Source of the DNA: Gnetum montanum
Taxonomy: Eukaryota; Plantae; Gnetophyta
NCBI GenBank assembly: GCA_015680685.1
Contig: MNCI01000542.1
Span: forward strand, 623,889-687,888
Reading direction: 5' to 3'
DNA length: 64,000 nucleotides
Numbering within the stretch: position 1 is the first letter of the stretch; each line of letters opens with the position of its first letter. The position numbers were made by a program, and so were the translations under genes. Positions 56,248-64,000 of this stretch are shown here, one piece after another. Under the pieces are notes generated by a model that saw nothing but the letters and a program-made list of their open reading frames with translations, searched no databases and had not been told where the DNA came from.

Positions 56248-57117
56248 TGATGAGTCATGAATTTGCTGGCTGTGATATCACAGCCGTGATATCATAGCAG
56301 CTGTGATATCACAGCAGCCATGATATTGCATGGGCTATGATATCACGTACGCGATATCGCAGCCTGCCTCAATTTCTATAAATAAGAGGTAGCTTTCCTA
56401 GTTCATTAGTAAGTCATTGGTTTTAGAGTTAAGTTTTGATTTTAGTTCTTGTTTTTCCTCTCAACCCTTTTCCTCCCAGTGTACACCTACTGTGTTGTGA
56501 TTGTAATTGTACGACATCCTTATTTGAGTGTGACGTACTTGGACACGCACATGACCGGAAATAAAGATCGAGATTACTTCATCATTGCAGCATTCACTTA
56601 GTTTAATTAATTAATTATTTAACTACTATTTAATGCTTTTCTAGTTAATCTCTCTTCACCCTTAAACTCCTGTTAAACGCGGAAGGAGTACGACTTGATT
56701 ACGAGCATTTAAGTGTGACTACTTGGTAACCCAGTAGCGTACCTAGGATTTACACTTGGTAATCCCAGTGGTAATCATGCACGAAGTCCAAGATGTATAC
56801 GGATAATCAAGGAACAGATGCTCATCGCACTTAGGCTAGTTTAGATTCTCTCTTACCCTTTCTCTCTTAGCGTAGTCAATATTACTTTCCATTGTCTTCA
56901 GGAATAGCATTAGGTTAGAAACCACATCATACACCTCACTCTGGACTAAACCATATATGACAAAGCTAATACTAGTCTAGGTGGGAAGATAGCGAACTGC
57001 AACCTAAGGCTAACTGTCTAGATGCCACAACTAGTCTGTCTGCAGAGTTCGACCGGATCGCGCGTGTAACACTCATATTTGTATTGTTGAGTGTAGGGGT
57101 ACCTCGTCACTCATCAT

Positions 57118-57135
57118 TGGCGTTGTTACCGGGGA
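57118..57135 (+). promoter_or_regulatory. Primer binding site, tRNA-Asp type
   Basis: TGGCGTTGTTACCGGGGA, 15/18 match to the Athila PBS TGGCGCCGTTGCCGGGGA, 1 nt after the LTR. Confidence 0.9.
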
Positions 57136-57257
57136 TGGTGCTAGTTCTCTAGATTAGTTATATCATACAAGGTCGCTGTATAAGAATTAACAATATATCT
57201 TTTAAGAAGAATTAATTACAAAAAGTCACATACGAATTCACACACAGCTTCATAACC

Positions 57258-59243
57258 ATGCCTCTCCTACAAGACTATGATAATGTCATACCTAATGAGG
57301 AAATTCATTGGAGAATTGACGAATTATATGACAATGAAGATTGGAGTACGCAATCTGAGGTGGGGGTTTCTTCTAAACATAAACAAAGGCAACATCGTCC
57401 CAACGCATGAAAGCATAACTTACTCGATGACGATGAACCCCCATTGGCCACTACAAGCCTAACGCAAATACAAGAGGCTGTTCGAATCTCTCGTAGGCAT
57501 CGTAAAAAGAGCCGCCTACCCAATCTTGATTTAAACAACTTCCCTACTTTCTCAGGAGGCTAGGACTTAGATCCGCAGCAACATTTACAAGCCTACTACA
57601 ATGCCTACACATGGAACAACATTGATAACAGTTGGCAAAAGCTTAAGCTCTTTCCTATGACACTCGTTGGCCAAGCAAAAGTATGGTATAGATCATTAAA
57701 ACCAAATTCAATACGACGTTGGCCAACAATGGTAGAACTCTTTAACGAAAGATATCAAATCTACGCAAAAGTGTTAGCCTTGAGGAAAAAAATCCAAGAG
57801 TGGAAACAAGTACAACATAAACCCTTGGACATGACCTTAGAAAGATATTATGCACTGTTAAATAACTGTCCAAGCCATGGGTTCTCCGAGGAAAGGCTAA
57901 TGTACCATATCATTGATGGGCTTCATGATTAAATAAGAGAGACCCTTGGGATGTACGCCCAAGGTCAACTATATGAGCTACCAACCCATCAAGTCCAAGA
58001 GCTTATTAAGCGGGTATCAAAAGAGGAGGGAGAAATGGCTAGATGGGAGAGTGTTAGAAAACATCAACAGGACCAAAATCTCAACTTAACAAAGGTCCAT
58101 AATTACAAAAAGGAGAAATCAACCTATCACAAAGAGGAAGAACCATCTTTTTCGGTACAACAATCATTAGAGGAAGTCGAGGCAAAGATCAACAAGATGT
58201 TGGAATGGACATATAAAAAGTGTGGAGAATATGTCGATATTATTGGAGATAGAGTTTTGACAACCCAAGAAGTAGGACAAAATATCAATAGACATTCGGA
58301 AAAAAGAAATGAAGAAAATAAGAGCTCAATTGCCAGTCATACATATGAATGCAACATATGTGTGTATGATCACCCCAACAGCCAATGCCCAATCTTGTTA
58401 TATTTATATGAGCATTGGGGAAACACGTTACATCCAAAGTTCATACAGAGATACTGTGTTTGATCACAGTGGCAACAATCCCAGTCGTGGGGGAAGCCAC
58501 CCCTAAACTGGAGACACCCTTCGTATTATCCAAATCCAAATGCTTACCTAGTTCAACATCCTGTTTCCCCAACTAGGCCAACATACTCTATCTCACAGCA
58601 CTACCATTCTCCTCAATACTATCAACCCATGTCCTCAACACAACCACCACCTTGTGCACCTTACACTTCTCCTAATTTTCAATATTCTTATCCTTTCCCT
58701 CCTTCTACATTGCCACCAACTGTTCCTAAGGTGTCTGCACCACAACAACAACCCATGAATGTCACTTATGCTACTACTGCCAATAGCAGCGAGAGGCCTC
58801 CTCAACATCAAAAGCGTCCCTTCTTTAAACATGACTGTATGAAGGAACAACACAATTCCAAGGCCACTGCATCCTCCAACTCAGCACAAGTCCAACACTG
58901 TGGTGCATCCTTCTCTTTGAACCCAATGCCTCATGTCACTTCATTAGGACCACCAATTAACACTCCAACAATCATACGGCCCAATGAACACAGGCATGGA
59001 GGGCAACATCCCGATCCTTGCATACCATCTAATGGTCCAAAATATCATAGTGGATCAACTCGCTATTCAGGAACCACACCTCATAAATTTCCCCACTATA
59101 CTTACTATAATCCAGTGTGTGAACCCCGATGGGATAAGTATGGCCAAGTCCCAATATTTCCAACATGCAAGGATCCTCATCTTCCATTTATTAATCCTTG
59201 CCATCCTCAACCATTTAGTTATGGGGGATATCCCCCATTCTAG
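57258..59243 (+). pseudogene. gag: Retrotransposon gag with Pro/Gln-rich tail; four in-frame stops, no protease
   Basis: A single frame of 662 codons: FPTFSGG*DLDPQQHL, LFPMTLVGQAKVWYRSL, CPSHGF, CNICVYDHPNSQC, NWRHP. Stops at 57408, 57561, 57930 and 58461. Confidence 0.88.
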
Positions 59244-59870
59244 TAACAAGTAGGATTAATAACCACTTTTTCATTTTCTTTATTTTACAACTTTTTGTTT
59301 TCCAGTTTTTCATTTTTCAATTTCTTGTTTTATCATTTTGTCTTTTTGTCTTTTTACATTTTTATAAGTAATCTCGTCTATGAATAAAACACTCATGTGG
59401 CTCGTTGGTTGAGGTGTGTTCTATGTTATCGAGTTCGAGTAATCAATTATTTGGACAGTGAGCCCATTATACCCACTCATCCACTCTACAAATAAGAGGT
59501 TCTGTTCGAGTGTACAGTGATATTCTTGATATCTCTAAAAATGTAAAATTAATTTTGTGTTCATTGTACCTAGAATGAAGAAGGATGGACCAAGACGGAA
59601 TGATTAGGGTGTGACACCAAGGGGACTTGTGGATTCTCTTTGGTGATGTCTGTGGGAGTTATCATGCAACGTGGTTGTACTAAGATCCTTGTAGATCTAA
59701 CGAAAATGGGAGTAAGAGTAATCAAAAGGGCACTTAAAATCCAATGTTGTTCTAGGGGGTCCCACTAGAAAGACATGCACCCATGCCTGAAGGTTGGCGG
59801 CTTCTCTAGATTCAGCAATTAAAAANGCCCTGGGTCACTTACTTCATGTCCCAATCTCTACAATCCCTTC

Positions 59871-62800
59871 TAATGAGTGGCGAGGTACCCCTACACTCAA
59901 CCATACGAAACGAGCGTCGCACGCGCGATCCGGTCGAACTCCGTAGATGGACTAGTTGTGGCACCCAAATAGTTAGCCTTAGGTCACAGTTCGCTGTCTT
60001 CCCATCTAGACTAGGTTTGCATATGTCACGTATGGTTTAGTCTAGACGCGGTGTATTATGTGTTCTAATTCTAAGCTACTCCTAAAGGTAGTGGAAAATA
60101 ATATTAACTAATCTAAGCTAAGAGGAAAAGGGTAAGAAAATCTAATCTAGCCTAAGTGCGACGAGCAACCGATTCCTTGATCAACCGTATACATCTTGGA
60201 CTTCGTGCATGATTGCCACTGGGACTACCAAGCATAGATCCTAGGTACGCCACTGGGATTACCAAGCGCAGACCCCAAATACGCCACTGGGTTACCAAGC
60301 ATAGATCCCCCTAGCTACACCACTGGGCTACCAAGCAGTCATACTTAAATGCTTGCAATCAAGTCGTACTCGTTCCGCTTCTAGGAGTTTAAGGGTGAGA
60401 GACTAATCGCGATGAGCAACCGATTCCTTAACTAGCCGTACACACCCGTAGATGCTCGTAGTCAAGTCGTACTCACACCGCGCTATGAAAGCAATAAATA
60501 AAATTAAATAAATAACAAACAAATAAAACAACAAAGTGAATGCTGCAATGATGAAGTAATCTCAATCTTTATTGCTGGTCATGTGCGTGTCCAAGTACGA
60601 CACACTCGAATAAAGACACCGTACAATTACGTTCACCACACTATGGGCAGACATGAGAAAAAGCTATCTCTGGAGGAATCAAACTGCCAGAGCTTCGCTA
60701 CTCTAAAATCGGGATGCGAAACAAGGGAGAGCCACCTCTTATTTATAGATATGGCGGCGTGCAGCGATATCACGTACGCGATATCGCAGGGGAAGACGCA
60801 ATATCGCGGCGGACGCGATATCGCGGCCTGTGCAAAACGCGTCTCATCATACCCCCACGACTGAATGAAAACTCGTCCTCGAGTTACAGTGATTACACAG
60901 TGGATAGGTATGGGATTATTAACAGAAAAAAAATGAGACAACTCCGTAGTGTGGGAAAGACACAACACAGGAAAATCCTACACTCTTACAAAAACAAGGA
61001 ACTCATGTAGTTCCTGGTGGTGGTGGCTCCTCCATGGGTGTCTTTCCCTTTTCTTGCACTCCAGGCTTTGAAGCTTGATGGTGTTGAAGTACGGCCTAGA
61101 GTTTCTCCTCTTGTAAGGCCTTGAGTGCCTTGGTATGTGTGAATGTTTGCACTTGTGCCATATAGGCAGCCCAATCAGCCTTCTCTTTTTCTTCCACCAC
61201 CCTTTTATTCTCTGTCAATAGTTTATTAAGTTGCTCGGTTTTGAAAGTATCTAGCTAGTTCTGAGTAACCTTTGGCCCTGTATTCGAAAGCTTTAATACT
61301 TCCAGAATGGCTTGACCAGAGAAATCAATAGTCACACCACAACTGTTAACCATGGTGCCTTCTTCTTCATTGTGCCAAAATTGGTACGTTTCCCCTGAGT
61401 ACCAGGCACTGCTTTCAGAGAGGGTATCTCTTGCTTCTACCTGCCCGGATCGTACGGTAGGAGGATCTTCTTGATGAATACTAAATGATTATTCCTCCTG
61501 TTCTACATGTCGTCCGACAGGATCTTGTCTTCCACCTCTCCAAGATTGTTCGATCGCACCTTGAGCAGGACCTTTCTGTTATCCACGTTTCGGGGCCATC
61601 TGCAATCACACGGGACCAATCGTTGGTAAGGTTGTTATCAAAGTTAGGTTATACCTTACTGCTTACCTTAATAGATTTACTTTATTTCTGTGTAATATTA
61701 ATTATTGGAAGAACATGTCCCCGAAAGATTATAATGTTGAGTCCTCTTTGCTTAGGTGGTTTCCAAATTAAATTTTCTGGTATAGCTAAGGGGATGAAAT
61801 TGTTTTTGACACATTCTACTCTTAATTTTAGAACTAATTACCCTTAAAGATGTCCTTTGGGTGATAATTAATTTCAAAAAATTTATGCACTATTCGGCAT
61901 GTGCCCCTCCCCCACGACTAAGCTAAACACTCTGGGTTCAAGTAGGTTTAAACGGAATGAAAATTAGAGTACCAGCGAGCGAGTTATGGATATGAAGGTA
62001 AGGGACACACAATCGCAAGTCGTAGAGAGAAATTTGAAAAACTTCCCCTGCATGAGCAGTTGAAAATGATGTTGATAAGCACAGGGGGGTTACGTATATA
62101 TATTTTTGTTGAAGTTAGGGCACTTAGAGAATGTACTGAATTTCTAATATTTCTTTTGAAATTAAACAATGTAAACTAAGGACATATGGACTAAAGGGTT
62201 CCAGGGTAATTCAACTAGCTCTGAAGGTACAAAAATTATGATGGTGTGTTTATCAATAAAGACCTCGGATGGGAGAAAAAGGCTATGTGATGGTAATAAG
62301 GAAAAGAAAATTATGAAAAATTAAGCTGAGGGTAAGAAATTGTGTGTTCTAGCTAGAGAATTAATGAAGGTTACAACAAAATTACAAAAGTGGGTCCTCC
62401 CCAAAGCAGGTTTCAACCTATTATGCCCTTGTGTAATCACACTTAAAGGGTCCGTGGGCACTAGAAGGGTTAAATGTAATCTGCACTAACTCCACAAAAC
62501 ACACACATGTAAATATCACTGGAATGAAATGAAAATTTTATGTTACACGGGACACGAGCTACAATTACACGAACAGTGAGATGAGATGAAGTAGAGAAAG
62601 GGATCGTAGAGATCGGGACATGAGGTAACTGTCACAGGGCACAATGAATCCTGCGTGTAAAGCATGATTAACGTGTCATTAACCCAGTGTTCCAAGATCA
62701 GGACCAAGTCCATCCTTCTATCAATGGAATCACATTGTTTCATCCCATGACGAACAACTATGAGAGTACCATAANCATCACATTGTTTCATCCCATGACA

Positions 62801-64000
62801 AACAACTATGAGAGTACCATAACAACAAGGCGTACGATCACTTGGCGTTTAGTACAAGGGAGGAGTGATTTTTGTTTTATGGCACTTCCTTTTTCTTTTC
62901 TCTTTCCCCTTTTTTTTTTCTTTTCACTTTACTGAATCCAGAGAAGCTGCCAACCTTCAGGCATGGGTGCATGTCTTTCCAGTGGGACCCCCTAGAACAG
63001 CTTTTGATTTTCAAGTGCCCTTTTGATTACTCTTACTCCCATTTTTCATTAGATCTACAAGGATCTTAGAACAACCAAATTACATGATAACACCCACAGA
63101 GGTCACCAAAGAGAATCCACAAGTTCCCCTTGATGTCACACCCTAACCATTCCCTCTTGGTCCATCCTTCTTCATTTTGGGTACAATGAACACAAAATTA
63201 ATTTTAAGTTTTAGAAATTTCAAGAATATCACTGTACCCTCAAACAGAACCTCTTTATTTATAGAGTGGATGAGTGGGTGTAGTGGTCTCACTATTTCAA
63301 ATAATTGATCACTCATGACTTAATAACATAAAACACACCTCAACCAACGATCCACATGAGTGTTTTATTCGTAGACAAGATTACTTACACAAACATGAAA
63401 ATACAAACACACAAAAAGATAAAACAAAAAGTTGAAAAATGAAAAACTAGAAAACAAAAATTGAAAAATCAAAGAAAATGAAAAATATTTACTAATCCTG
63501 CTTGTTATTGAAATGGGGGGTATTCCCCATAACTAATCAGTTGAGGATGGCAAGGATTAATAAATGGAAAATGAGGATCCTTGCATATTGGAAGTATTGG
63601 GGCTGGTCTATACTGATCCCCTCGGGGTTCACACACCTGATTGTAATACGCATAGTGGGACACTTTATACGATGTAGTTCTCGGATAACGAGTTGACCCA
63701 CTATGATGTTTATGACCGTTAGATGGTATGCAAGGATTAGGATGATGCCTCCCATGGTGGTGTTCATTGGGCTGTATGGTGGTTGGAGTGTTAGTTGGTG
63801 GCCCTGATGAAGTTACATGAGGCGTTGGGTTCGACGGTAAGGGTGCACCACAGTGTTGGACTTGTGCTGAGTTGGAAGGTGTAGTGGCCTCAGAATTGTG
63901 TTGTCCCTTCCTACGGTCGTGTTTAAAGAAAGGATGCCTTTGATGTTGAGGAGGCTCTTCACTGCTGTTAGTAGCAGTAGCACAAGTGTTGTTCGTGGGT
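59871..64000 (-). mobile_element. Athila-like element, 3' part (gag tail, spacer, env-like ORF, PPT, 3' LTR 59871-60849)
   Basis: The LTR is the reverse complement of the 56248 family; PPT AGTCGTGGGGG at 60862-60852; 62925-64000 is the reverse complement of ~58750-59825. Confidence 0.92.
61003..61599 (-). pseudogene. Short Athila env-like (accessory) ORF, 199 codons, four in-frame stops
   Basis: Acceptor-like GATTGCAG directly before the ATG. Translates MAPKRG*...QFWHNEEEGTMVNSCGVTIDFSGQAILEVLKL...coiled coil...KGKTPMEEPPPPGTT*, with no frameshift. Confidence 0.75.

Larger units (their letters stand above)
56248..59870 (+). mobile_element. Athila-like element, 5' part (LTR 56248-57116, PBS, gag, non-coding spacer), interrupted by a same-family insertion
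   Basis: 869 bp LTR with 8 bp inverted termini TGATGAGT...ACTCATCA and TATA ~56377; empty site in copy 1 at 39577. Confidence 0.92.

Noticed and set aside
58483-58493. Third copy of the PPT motif AGTCGTGGGGG
   Set aside because: It lies inside the gag frame (codons Q-S-W-G) and may be coincidental.
59826-59826. Apparent ~290 bp deletion in the + element relative to the minus copy
   Set aside because: It coincides with an N, so it is probably an unresolved assembly gap.
62728-62824. ~47 bp direct repeat
   Set aside because: It straddles an N at 62776; most likely overlapping contig ends.
3485-63767. The many 60-130 aa ORFs in the ORF track
   Set aside because: Most are off-frame or antisense by-products of decayed TE sequence with no independent support.

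Overview
AT-rich, CpG-depleted plant nuclear DNA made almost entirely of nested, decayed Ty3/Gypsy LTR retrotransposons. These are two Tat/Ogre-type elements (domain order RT-RH-aRH-INT), a Tekay-type chromovirus inserted into the integrase of the second, and several LTRs and elements of an Athila-like family (tRNA-Asp PBS, TGATGAG...CTCATCA termini). The only host gene is a cellulose-synthase-like (Csl) pseudogene on the minus strand (~42455-46265). It has lost its 5' end to an LTR and has three frameshifts in the last exon. About 35750-39577 is duplicated at 53127-56247. Most notable: (1) a ~0.85 kb CpG-rich mosaic at 1.9-2.8 kb stitched from LRR receptor, class III peroxidase and lipoxygenase fragments; (2) a Tat/Ogre element whose protease and RT are separated by ~7 kb holding an antisense, multi-intron accessory gene; (3) an Athila-like family that appears to carry only gag plus a short spliced env-like ORF and no pol, with one copy nested inversely in another; (4) a 660 bp near-identical tract inside an otherwise diverged duplication. 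All translations and alignments were done by eye, so boundaries are approximate unless stated.
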